From Phaeosaccion multiseriatum (Eukaryota; Protista; Ochrophyta, other classes), in assembly GCA_965112735.1 (NCBI GenBank), contig OZ218957.1, positions 2,790,001 to 2,854,000 of the forward strand: a stretch of 64,000 nt of DNA, written 5' to 3'. The notes below the pieces were generated by a model, which ran no database searches, was not told the origin of the DNA, and saw only the letters and a program-made list of their open reading frames with translations. Positions 27,150 to 39,100 of this stretch are shown one piece after another; position 1 is the first letter of the stretch; each line of letters opens with the position of its first letter. Both the position numbers and the translations under genes were made by a program.

Positions 27150-29027
27150 ATGGTTGGGAGTGGGTCTCAGGCTGCGGAAGGTCCTGTCTTGTTGGTGTGT
27201 CCGTGTGTCCGAATACTACATTCGGAGAGCGAAGAGAGACGTTGTGTGTCTTGGCGTCGTGTGTTGCGCGGTGCTCCGGCTCTCATTCAAGAGCTTAGGA
27301 GAGTCATGTACGAGCTGCTTCCGACCTGGGGACCTCGCAAGGATGACAAAGGAAAGGTTGCCGCTGTTAGGGCCGGTTTTTGTACGTGTGCACCCCACGT
27401 CTCTCACCGACCTTCTGCCCTCTCCCTCCTCCCCCCTTTCCCTTTTCTCTCTTCCTCTCTCCTCTCTCTCTATCAATCTATCCATGTTTCGATGTACCTG
27501 CCTCTTTCCCTCCTTACCTCTCCTCTCGTATCTACCTCTCTCCTCCCCCCCTCCTTGGAATCCTTCTTCCCTCCATCCCTCCCTCAGGCTGATATTGTGA
27601 TACTCGTCTCCATTGGGGCTGGCGTCTTCGCTGGCAACCTCTTGCTCGGCCGTGCGGCCGCTCGCCTAAATGATCGGCGCCTCCGGGCAATGCGGGAGGT
27701 GGGCTCTGTCTACACACACGACCTCAGCAACAGGGCCAGGAGCCTGCTAATCAAGTACCGCTACCCGGAGCCCTCCACTTTTCTTGGTTGTGGTGTGCTT
27801 GATACCGATATCGATATCGACATTGAAGGCGCACAGCAGGTTGACGACGAGGACTATGACGAGGTAGAGGAGGAGGAGGAGGAGGAGGAGGGAAGGAATG
27901 GGGTAACGCAGCAAGAGGAGGCAGAGGGGGGGCAGGGAAGACAGGAACTAGGTTCTAATGTTGCCTGCAGCAGCAGTGAGAGGGAGCGAGAACACATGGG
28001 ATTGGGAGGAGGGGGAGGAGGGGGCGCCGATGATGCCGACATGGATGCGGCCGGGGCGTTGCCTGACTCAAGGGAAGCGAACGGGGCGAGGTCTTTGCTG
28101 TCCTGGGGCAACAGGAGGGACAGCACGCGGACAACCAACACGTCTGGTACCTTTCGGAGCTCCTGGCGTAGACGCTTGGGTAAGTGCCGCCCCCGGGCCC
28201 GGAGCAACAGCAGTCGCCCCACGGGCATTAGCTTCTCGCCGCATGGCTCCTTCACAAAGGGCGTACCGACGAAGTACACCGAAGCCAGGCTCGTACGAAG
28301 CGGAGACGAAGGAGGAGGGGGCTGCGGCGAAGACGACCAGGTAGTTGGGCAAAAGCAGCAGCAGCAGCAGCGACACTGTGGCTGCAACAGCACGTCACAC
28401 CCAAGTGAAGAAGAGGACGAGCATGTGTGTATGGAGAGGAGGGGGAGTCTGCATCACTTGGTTGCAGATAAGGATGGGAGGCCAGACAGGCTCAGCCAAG
28501 GTGACGGGGAGATGTGCCTGATCTGCCTCGAACCGTACCAACCGGGGGACGCGCTAGTGATGCTCCCGTGCAGACACGTCTTCCACGAGGCTTGTGCGGA
28601 GAGCTGGTTTGCCTCCCGCAAGACGTGCCCGCTGGACCGGCTTGATCTCAACGTGCTGGCTACGGAGATGGTCGAGGCGGAGAAGAGGGCGGCAGCAGCA
28701 GCGGCCGTAGCGAAGAAGCAGCGGAAGAAGGAGGAGCGAAAGCAGCAGCGCCAGCAGAAGCGGGAGCAGCGGCAGCAGCGGGGCAGGAAGGGACTCACGG
28801 GTCGTTTGGCTCGCAACATGAACAAAGCTCGGCACTGGAGGGGTGGGTGTGGGTCTCGGCGCGCTGTAGTGGCGGAGGGTGTGCCTGTGAGCAGCGGGAG
28901 TGCGCGCAGCACCGCAACGGGCCAGGAGCACTGCGACACCACCACCACCGGCACTGTCATCATGACCAGCCATTCATCCGTTGGGCACCTGCAACCCCAA
29001 TCACCACCAGGAGCAGCAACCGAGTAG
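27150..29027 (+). CDS. Transmembrane RING-H2 protein (putative E3 ligase); probable intron ~27357..27587, 5' end uncertain
   Basis: CLICLEPYQPGDALVMLPCRHVFHEACAESWFASRKTCPLDR (RING-H2 with last ligand Asp); hydrophobic IVILVSIGAGVFAGNLLLG after a pyrimidine-rich acceptor. Confidence 0.75.
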   Translation: MVGSGSQAAEGPVLLVCPCVRILHSESEERRCVSWRRVLRGAPALIQELRRVMYELLPTWGPRKDDKGKVAAVRAGFCTCAPHVSHRPSALSLLPPFPFLSSSLLSLYQSIHVSMYLPLSLLTSPLVSTSLLPPSLESFFPPSLPQADIVILVSIGAGVFAGNLLLGRAAARLNDRRLRAMREVGSVYTHDLSNRARSLLIKYRYPEPSTFLGCGVLDTDIDIDIEGAQQVDDEDYDEVEEEEEEEEGRNGVTQQEEAEGGQGRQELGSNVACSSSEREREHMGLGGGGGGGADDADMDAAGALPDSREANGARSLLSWGNRRDSTRTTNTSGTFRSSWRRRLGKCRPRARSNSSRPTGISFSPHGSFTKGVPTKYTEARLVRSGDEGGGGCGEDDQVVGQKQQQQQRHCGCNSTSHPSEEEDEHVCMERRGSLHHLVADKDGRPDRLSQGDGEMCLICLEPYQPGDALVMLPCRHVFHEACAESWFASRKTCPLDRLDLNVLATEMVEAEKRAAAAAAVAKKQRKKEERKQQRQQKREQRQQRGRKGLTGRLARNMNKARHWRGGCGSRRAVVAEGVPVSSGSARSTATGQEHCDTTTTGTVIMTSHSSVGHLQPQSPPGAATE

Positions 29028-30156
29028 GCGGAGCAGCGCCCGAGTAGGCGGAGCAGCCATGCCATCATTTGCCATCATCCAGCAGCACTGTAATTGGACA
29101 CGTGGGCAGGTCATCCTTTTGATATTGATGTCTACATGGAGACATTATTTCACGGTGGATCGGTTGAGTTGATGTCCATTTTTCGGGGGGGCGACTGACT
29201 GACTGACTGACTGACTGACTCACCACTCCGCACCGTCAACTGAAGGGTATGGTCCGTCGACCTCGTGGGTGAGGCAGGCAGTCGCAGTGAATTTTTTGTG
29301 AGTTTTGTGCACTGAGAAGAGGCCGATCGATCAGCGTGCCACTCAGACAGCAGCAAGCTCAGCAGACCGAACGTAAGGTTAGGTAGAATGAATCAAATTA
29401 TCGGAGGGGAAAAAGTACCACAGAGATGAGGGTTCGGTTTTTTTGAGTGTATAGAACCGAACGTAAGGTTTTTGGGTAGAATGAATCAAATCAAAGGAAA
29501 GAAGAAAGAAAAGGAATAGTTAGGGATTTTTGAGTCTATGCTCGGGTTTTATAGTGTAGAATGCTTATGTATATTAGTGTAGTTTTTCTATAATTTATGT
29601 ATACTGATACCACGCATCTATTGGTGTAAACCGGTAATAAAGTATGGCAGAAAATGGATAAAATGACCCGGGGCAACAGCCCTTCGCTATGTGTGTGTGA
29701 GAGAGAGAAGGGTAAAGCGAAAGATTGGAGGAGGGGGGGTGCGCAAGTGTGCTTGTGGTAAGGTTGAACTCTGAAGGCACGGAAACAAAAGTAAAGAGGC
29801 AAGGGGGAGAGGGGCGGGGGTGAGCGCATACTTCATCCATCCACCCCCAAGTTTCCTCTCCCCCTCCCCATCTCTCGCGCCTTTGCCTACCTCACCACCC
29901 CGTCCCGTGCTGCACTCGAGGCGGGGGTTGACGATTCACAGCAGCCCCAGCCGCCGTGGCCGTCTTGTCCCCACACAAGAGAAACACACTTGCTCCTTTC
30001 CTCTCCTCTCCTCTCTTCGAAGACCCAACTCACTCACTCAACTCGCCCCGCGTCCACATCCATTGGCAGTCTTGATGCCGCCGTTGGTTGGTAAGTTGAT
30101 TATGACTTGTTCCATCGCTGCTACTTCCATTTGAAAACCACTGTGTAGTGACTTTC

Positions 30157-33100
30157 CTAACTGCGGTAGGCTCCAAAGCCGTAGCTCTTCCCTTGACCAG
30201 AGGGTGCCGTTGATGATGATGACGACGATAGAACTGGTGACGATGCTACTGCTCCTGCGCTGCTGCTACTAGCTGCGAAGGGGGAATAGCTCGTCACGGG
30301 GGCTGGGGGGGTGGAGGAGGGTGGTGGTGATGATGGTACTGATGCCATTCCTCCTCCGGGGCTGCCACTGCGGTAGGCCCCGAAGCCGTAGCTCGGACTC
30401 GCTCCTCCTGAGCTGCTGGCTCTGCTGCTGATGCTGCTGGCTCCTGGCATAGGGGCAGAGCTCGTCACCGGAGCCGTCGCCGCTCGTGCCACCGGTGCAG
30501 GCGGTGCGACGGCCATTCCTCCTCCAGGGCTGCCGCTGCGGTACGCTCCGAAGCCATAGCTGGGAGACATGCCTCCTGAGCTGCTGCTGCTGCTGCCGCT
30601 GCTGCTGCTGGTGGCTCCCACAGGCGAGTAGCTCGCCATGGGAGCAGACGCTGCTGCCGGTGCTGCTGATCCGGACGACGAAAATGCCACTCCTCCAGGG
30701 CTGCCGCTACGGTAGGCCCCGAAGCCATAACTCCTGCCTCCTCCTCCGCTGGTGCCTCCGACCACAGGCGAGAAGCTTCTCGAGGGAGCTGACGATGATG
30801 GTCCGGAGCTGATGGGGTTGAATCCAAAGCCGGAAGAAGGAGAGCTGGACCCTGCGGATGAGGCTCCTGCTGCGCTGTCGCGGTAGGCTCCGAAGGGTGA
30901 GTAGCTCCTTGTGGCTCCTCCAGCGCCGATGCGGGTCGGTCCGGAAGGCGCAAAGTTCGATGGAGCAGACGATGACCGACCGGAAGGCGATGACGGTGGG
31001 ACGGCCATTCCCCCTCCAGGGCTGCCATCACGGTAGGCTCCAAAGCCGTAGCTGCGAGACATACCTCCTGAGCTGCTGCTGCTGCCGCTGGTGAGGCTGC
31101 TGGCTCCGGCAGAGGAGAAGCTCGACACAGAGGCAGTGGCTGATGGTGAAGATGAGGCGGAGGGCGGTACCGCCATTCCTCCTCCGGGGCTGCCCTCACG
31201 GTACGCCCCAAAGCCGTAGCTGGGAGACTTTCCTCCTGAGCTGCTGCTGCTGGCTCCGACAGGTGAGAAGCTCGTAGGGGGGGCAGCAGTAGAGGCTGCT
31301 GATCCCGAGCTGCTGGGGTTGAAGCCGAAGCCGGAAGAGGGAGAGCCCGTCGCGGATGCGGACGGTGGGACGGCCATTCCTCCTCCAGCGCTGCCGTCGC
31401 GGTAAGCCCCGAAGCCATAGCTCTTAGACATGCCTCCTGAACTGCTGATGCTGCTGCTGCTGGCTCCGACAGGCGAGAAGCTGGACACGGGAGCAGAAGC
31501 AGATGAAGATGCTGCTGGTGACGCGAAGGCGGACGGCGGTACTGCCATTCCTCCTCCAGGGCTGCCCTCACGGTACGCCCCAAAGCCGTAGCTCTTAGAC
31601 ATGCCCCCTGAGCTGCTGCTGGCTCCGACAGGGGAGAAGCTGGTTGGTGCAGAAGTAGCGGTTGCTGGTCCGGAGCTGCTGGGGTTGAATCCAAAGCCGG
31701 AAGAAGGAGAGCTGGTCACTGGGGCAGAGGGTACGACTGCCATTCCTCCTCCAGGGCTGCCGCTGCGGTATGCTCCAAAGCCATAGCTCTTAGACATGCC
31801 TCCTGAACTGCTGACGCTGCTGCTGCTGGCTCCGACAGGCGAGAAGCTGGACACGGGAGCAGAAGCAGATGAAGATGTTGCTGGTGGCGCGAAGGCGGAC
31901 GGCGGTACTGCCATTCCTCCTCCAATGCTGCCGTCACGATAGGCCCCGAAGCCGTAGCTCTTAGACATGCCTCCTGAGCTGCTACTGCTGGCTCCGACAG
32001 GGGAGAAGCTTGTAGGGGCAGAAGTACCGGTTGCTGGTCCGGAGCTGCTGGGGTTGAAGCCGAAGCCGGAAGAAGGAGAGCTGGTCACTGGGGCAGATGG
32101 TACGACTGCCATTCCTCCTCCAGGGCTGCCGCTGCGGTATGCTCCAAAGCCATAGCTCTTAGACATTCCACCGGAGCTGCTGCTGCCGCTGCTAAAGCTG
32201 CTTGCGCCAGGAGGCGAGTAGCTCGTCACGGGAGTGGGAGGAGCAGAAGGAGACGCTGCTGATGACGCAAAGGCGGACGGCGATGAGGCCATTCCTCCAG
32301 GGCTTCCTCCAGCAGGGTCGTCACGGTAGGCCCCGAAGCCATAGCTCAAGTAGTTCATGCCGCCTGCGCTACTACTGCTGCTGCTGCTGGCTCCGACAGA
32401 CGAGAAGCTCACGGGAGCGGACGCTGCTGGCGCGGCGGATCCGGACGGCGCGGATGTGGACGGTGGGACGGCCATTCCTCCTCCGGGGCTGCCGCTGCGG
32501 TAGGCACCGAAGCCATAGCTCTTAGACATGCCTCCTGAGCTGCTGCTGGTTCCGACAGGGGAGAAGCTGGTTGGAGCAGAAGTAGAAGCTGCCGGTCCCG
32601 AGCTGCTGGGGTTGAAGCCAAAGCCGGAAGAGGGGGAGCTAGGCGCTGACGCGGACGGTGCGACGGCCATACCTCCTCCAGGGCTGCCGCTGCGGTAGGC
32701 CCCGAAGCCATAGCTCTTAGACATTCCTCCTCCTCCTCCGCTGCTGGCTCCGGCAGGCGAGAAGCTCGTCACTGGGGCAAAAGCGGATGCTGCTGCTGGC
32801 GCGGCGGATCCGGACGGTGCGGATGCGGACGGTGGTGGGACGGCCATTCCTCCTCCGGGGCTGCCGCTGCGGTAGGCACCGAAGCCATAGCTCTTAGACA
32901 TGCCTCCTGAGCTGCTGCTGCTGGTTCCGAGAGGGGAGAAGCTTGTGGGGGCAGAAGTAGAGGTTGCTGGTCCGGAGCTGCTGGGGTTGAATCCGAAGCC
33001 GGAAGAAGGGGAGCTGGGCGCTGAGGCTGACGGCGACGCCATTCCTCCTCCAGGGCTGCCCTCACGGTAGGCCCCAAAGCCATAGCTGGGAGACATTCCT

Positions 33101-36100
33101 CCGGAGCTGCTGCTGCTGCTACTACTGCTGCCGCCAGGAGGCGAGTAGCTCGTGACGGGAGTAGAAGCAGACGCTGCTGCTGGTGAAGATGAGGCGGAAG
33201 GCGGTACTGCCATTCCTCCTCCCGGGCTGCCCGCACGGTAGGCCCCGAAGCCGTAGCTGGGCGACTTTCCACCTGAGCTGCTGCTGCTGCTGCCGCTGCT
33301 GAAGCTGCTGGCTCCGGCAGAGGAGAAGCTCGACACAGGAACAGTCACTGGTGATGGCACTGACGAGGATGGTGGAACGGCCATTCCTCCTCCAATGCTT
33401 CCGTCGCGGTAAGCTCCAAAGCCATAGCTCTTAGACATGCCTCCTGAGCTGCTGCTGGTTCCGACAGGCGAGAAGCTTGTTGGGGCAGAAGTAGAGGTTG
33501 CTGGTCCGGAGCTGCTGGGGTTGAAGCCGAAGCCGGAAGAAGGAGAGCTGGGCGCTGAGGCTGACGGCGACGCCATTCCTCCTCCAGGGCTGCCCTCACG
33601 GTAGGCCCCAAAGCCATAGCTGGGAGACATTCCTCCGGAGCTGCTGCTGCTGCTACTACTGCTGCCGCCAGGAGGCGAGTAGCTCGTGACGGGAGTAGAA
33701 GCAGACGCTGCTGCTGGTGAAGATGAGGCGGAAGGCGGTACTGCCATTCCTCCTCCCGGGCTGCCCGCACGGTAGGCCCCGAAGCCGTAGCTGGGCGACT
33801 TTCCACCTGAGCTGCTGCTGCTGCTGCCGCTGCTGAAGCTGCTGGCTCCGGCAGAGGAGAAGCTCGACACAGGAACAGTCACTGGTGATGGCACTGACGA
33901 GGATGGTGGAACGGCCATTCCTCCTCCAATGCTTCCGTCGCGGTAAGCTCCAAAGCCATAGCTCTTAGACATGCCTCCTGAGCTGCTGCTGGTTCCGACA
34001 GGCGAGAAGCTTGTTGGGGCAGAAGTAGAGGTTGCTGGTCCGGAGCTGCTGGGGTTGAAGCCGAAGCCGGAAGAAGGAGAGCTGGGCGCTGAGGCTGACG
34101 GCGACGCCATTCCTCCTCCAGGGCTGCCCTCACGGTAGGCCCCAAAGCCATAGCTGGGAGACATTCCTCCGGAGCTGCTGCTGCTGCTACTACTGCTGCC
34201 GCCAGGAGGCGAGTAGCTCGTGACGGGAGTAGAAGCAGACGCTGCTGCTGGTGAAGATGAGGCGGAAGGCGGTACTGCCATTCCTCCTCCCGGGCTGCCC
34301 GCACGGTAGGCCCCGAAGCCGTAGCTGGGCGACTTTCCACCTGAGCTGCTGCTGCTGCTGCCGCTGCTGAAGCTGCTGGCTCCGGCAGGCGAGAAGCTCG
34401 ACACAGGAACAGTCACTGGTGATGGCATTGACGAGGATGGTGGAACGGCCATTCCTCCTCCAATGCTTCCGTCGCGGTAAGCTCCAAAGCCATAGCTCTT
34501 AGACATGCCTCCTGAGCTGCTGCTGGTTCCGAGAGGGGAGAAGCTTGTGGGGGCAGAAGTGGAGGTTGCTGGTCCGGAGCTGCTGGGGTTGAATCCAAAG
34601 CCGGAAGAAGGGGAGCTGGGCGCTGAGGCTGACGGCGATGCCATTCCTCCTCCAGGGCTGCCCTCACGGTAGGCCCCAAAGCCATAGCTGGGAGACATTC
34701 CACCTGAGCTGCTGCTGCTGCTGCTGCTGCTGCTGCCGCCAGGAGGCGAGTAGCTCGTGACGGGAGTAGAAGCAGACGCTGCTGATGAAGATGAGGCGGA
34801 AGGCGGTGATGCCATTCCTCCTCCAGGGCTGCCCTCACGGTAGGCGCCAAAGCCGTAGCTGGGAGACACTCCACCTGAGCTGCTGCTGCTGCTGCTGGTG
34901 CCGCTGCTGAAGCTGCTGGCGCCAGGAGGCGAGTAGCTCGTCACAGGGACAGTTGCTACTGATGGCATTGAAGAGGTGGGCGCTGATGCCATTCCTCCTC
35001 CAATGCTGCCGTCACGATAGGCCCCGAAGCCGTAGCTCTTAGACATGCCTCCTGAGCTGCTACTGCTGGCTCCGACAGGGGAGAAGCTGGTTGGTGCAGA
35101 AGTAGCGGTTGCTGGTCCGGAGCTGCTGGGGTTGAATCCAAAGCCGGAAGAAGGAGAGCTGGTCACTGGGGCAGAGGGTACGACTGCCATTCCTCCTCCA
35201 GGGCTGCCGTCGCGGTAGGCTCCAAAGCCATAGCTCTTAGACATGCCTCCTGTGACGCTGACAGCAGGGGAGTAGCTCCTGACCACAACAGGCGCTGCTG
35301 GTGAAGATGAAGCGGCCGGTGGGGATGCCATTCCCCCTCCGGGGCTGCCATCGCGGTAGGCTCCAAAGCCATAGCTGGGAGATGCTCCTCCTGAGCTGCT
35401 GCTGCCGCTGCTGCTGATGCTACCGCCGCTGGCTGCGACAGACGAGAAGCTCGACACGGGAGCAGGCGCGGAGGGTGACGCAAAGGCAGAGGGCGATGAG
35501 GCCACTCCTCCGGGGCTGCCGTCGCGGTAGGCTCCGAAGCCGTAGCTCTTAGACATGCCTCCTGAGGTGCTGCCTCCGACAGGTGAGAAGCTCGCCACGG
35601 GAGCAGACGTAGAGGCTGCTGGTCCGGAGCTGCTGGGGTTGAAGCCGAAGCCGGAAGAGGGGGAGCTAGGTGCTGATGCCATTCCTCCAGAGCTTCCTCC
35701 AGCAGGCTCGTTGCGGTAGGCTCCAAAGCCGAAGTCTGTAAAGCGGGAAGGGCTCTTGTTCATGATCGAGTAGCTCGTCACAGGGACGCCAGTCAGTGGT
35801 GACACTGGCGCTTTTGCTGCGGGTGCGGATGCCATTCCTCCTCCAGGGCTGCCCTCTCGGTAGGCTCCAAAGCCGTAGTTCGTAGACATGCCTCCTGAGG
35901 AGCTGCTGCTGCTGCCGCCGCTGATGAAGCTGCTCGTGCTGCTGCTGGCTCCGGGAGACGAGAAGCTCGATACAGGGGCAGTGGCTGATGAGGAAGATGA
36001 GGAGGAGGGCGGCACTGCCATTCCTCCTCCGGGGCTGCCCTTGCGGTAGGCCCCGAAGCCATAATCGATCGACATTCCTTCTGCTGCTGCCGCTGCGCTG

Positions 36101-39100
36101 CTACTACTGCTGCTGCTACCGCTGCCGTATCCCGAAGGAGAGTAGGCAGAAGGTACTGCCATTCCGCCTCCGGGGCTGCCGCTGCGGTAGGCCCCGAAAC
36201 CGTAGTCAACCGACGCACCTCCTGGGCTGCTGCTGCTGGCTCCGCCAGGCGAGAAGCTCGTTGGGGCAGAAGTAGAGGCTGCTGGTCCGGAGCTGCTGGG
36301 GTTGAAGCCGAAGCCGGAAGAAGGGGAGCTAGGTGCTGATGCCATTCCTCCTCCAGAGTTTCCTCCAGCAGGCTCGTTGCGGTAGGCGCCAAAGCCGAAG
36401 TCTGTAAAGCGGGAAGGGCTCTTGTTCATGATCGAGTAGCTCGTCACAGGTGTGCCTGTCAGTGGCGAAATTGGCGCTGATGCGGGCGGTGCGACGGCCA
36501 TTCCTCCTCCAATGCTGCCGTCGCGGTAGGCTCCAAAGCCGTAGTTCGTAGACATGCCTCCTGAGGAGCTGCTGCTGCTGCTGCCGCCGCCGCTGGTGAA
36601 GCTGCTCGTGCTGCTGCTGGCTCCGGGAGACGAGAAGCTCGATACAGGGGCAGTGGCCGATGAGGAAGATGAGGAGGAGGGCGGTACTGCCATTCCTCCT
36701 CCGGGGCTGCCCTTGCGGTAGGCCCCAAAGCCATAATCGATCGACATTCCTTCTGCTGCTGCCGCGCTGCTACCGCTGCTGCTGCCGTATCCCGAAGGGG
36801 AGTAGGCGGACGCCGACGCCGACGCCATTCCTCCTCCGGGGCTGCCGCTGCGGTAAGCTCCGAAGCCGTAATCGGCCGACATTCCTCCTGAGCTGCTGCT
36901 GCTACTGCTGCTGCTGGCTCCGGCGGACGAGAAGCTCGACACTGGAGCGGGTGCTGAGGGTGACGCAAAGGCAGAGGGCGACGAGGCCATTCCTCCTCCA
37001 GAGCTTCCTCCAGCAGGCTCGTTGCGGTAGGCGCCAAAGCCGTAGTCTGCGAAGCGGGAAGGGCTCTTGTTCATGATGGAGTAGCTCGTCACAGGTGTGC
37101 CTGTCAGTGGTGACACTGGCGCTTTTGCTGCTGGTGCGGATGCCATTCCTCCTCCAGGGCTGCCCTCTCGGTAGGCTCCAAAGCCGTAGCTCGGAGACAT
37201 GCCTCCTGAGCTGCTGCCACTCGCCCCAACAGGGGAGGAGAAGCTTGTCTTGGGAGCAGAAGTAGACGCTGCTGCTGCTGCTGGTGGTGGTGGTGGTGGC
37301 GTGGCGGGGTTGAATCCGAAGCCGTTAGACGAGCTGGTCACTGGAGCTGAGACTTGTGCCATTCCTCCTCCAGGGCTGCCGCTGCGGTATGCTCCAAAGC
37401 CGTAGTCTGCTGTGGCTGCGGATCCAGAGGGGGATGTCGCCATTCCTCCAGGGCTGTTGCCGCCGCTGCTGGCACGGTGATCTCCTCCAAAGGGGGAGTA
37501 GCTCTTCTTCATTCCTCCTCCGCTGCTGCTGCTGGCTCCCGCAGGCGCGAAGCTCGGCACGGGAGCAGAAGTAGTAGCTGCTGGGCTCGAGCTGCTGGGG
37601 TTGAATCCGAAACCATTAGAAGAAGAGCTCGTCGCTGGTGCTGAGGGTGGTGCTGATGCCATTCCTCCTCCAGGGCTGCCGCTGCGGTATGCTCCAAAGC
37701 CGTAGCTCGGAGACGCTCCACCTGAGCTGCTGCTGCTGCTCGCGCTGCTGCTGCTGCCTCCACTGGTGAAGCTGCTCGTGCTGCTGCTGCTGGCTCCGGG
37801 AGACGAGACGCTCGACACAGGGGCAGTGGCCGATGAGGAAGATGAGGAGGACGGCGGTACTGCCATTCCTCCTCCGGGGCTGCCCTTGCGGTAGGCCCCG
37901 AAGCCGTAGTCTGCGAAGCGGGAAGGGCTGTCCTTGTTGTTGTTCATAATCGAGTAGCTCGTCACAGGGGCGCCGGTCACGGGTGACACTGCCGCTGTTG
38001 CGGGCGGTGCGACGGCCATTCCTCCTCCGATGCTGCCGTCACGGTAGGCTCCAAAGCCGTAGCTCGGAGACGCTCCTCCTGAGCTGCTGCTGCTGCTGCT
38101 GCTGCTGCTGGCTCCGGGAGACGAGAAGCTCGATACAGGGGCAGTGGACGATGAGGAAGATGAGGAGGAGGGCGGTACTGCCATTCCTCCTCCGGGGCTG
38201 CCCTTGCGGTAGGCCCCAAAGCCATAATCGATCGACATTCCTTCTGCTGCTGCGCTGCTGCTGCCGCCGCCGTATCCGGAAGGCGTGTAGCTCGCGGACG
38301 ACACGGCCGGCGAGGCCATTCCTCCTCCAGGGCTGCCCTCACGGTACGCCCCAAACCCATAGCTGGGAGACGCTCCTCCTCCGCTGCTGCCGGTGCTACT
38401 GCTGCTGCCACTGCTGGCTCCGGCAGGCGAGAAGCTCACCTTGGGAGCAAACGCCGCCGGTGAGGAAGAGGAGGCGGAGGGCGGTACTGCCATTCCTCCT
38501 CCAGGGCTGCCCTCACGGTAGGCCCCAAAGCCATAGCTCGGCGACATTCCTCCTGAGCTGCTGCTGCTGCTACTGCTGCTGGCTCCGGCGGACGAGAAGC
38601 TCGACACGGGAGCGGGTGCTGAGGATGAAGAGAAAGCGGACGGCGCTGATGCCATTCCTCCTCCAGAGCTTCCTCCAGCAGGCTCGTTGCGGTAGGCGCC
38701 AAAGCCGTAGTCTGCGAAGCGGGAAGGGCTCTTGTTCATGATGGAGTAGCTCGTCACAGGTGTGCCTGTCAGTGGCGACACTGCTGACTCGCTGCGGTAG
38801 GCCCCGAAGCCATAGCTCCTCGTTCCTGAGCTGCTGGTACTGGTGCTGCTGAAGCCGCTAGGGGAAAAGCTGGTCCTTGGGGCGGGCGGAGCTGCTGCTG
38901 CCACTGGTGCTGGTGCGAACGCCGCTCCTCCAGAGGGGGGGCTGCCGTTGCGGTAGGCTCCGAAGCCGTAGTCTCCAAAGCGGGAAGGGCTGTCCTTGTT
39001 GTTGTTCATAATCGAGTAGCTCGTCACAGGGGCGCCGGTCACTGGCGACACTGCTGCCGTTGCGGGTGGCATCAGTGACATGCCTCCAATGCTGCCGCTG

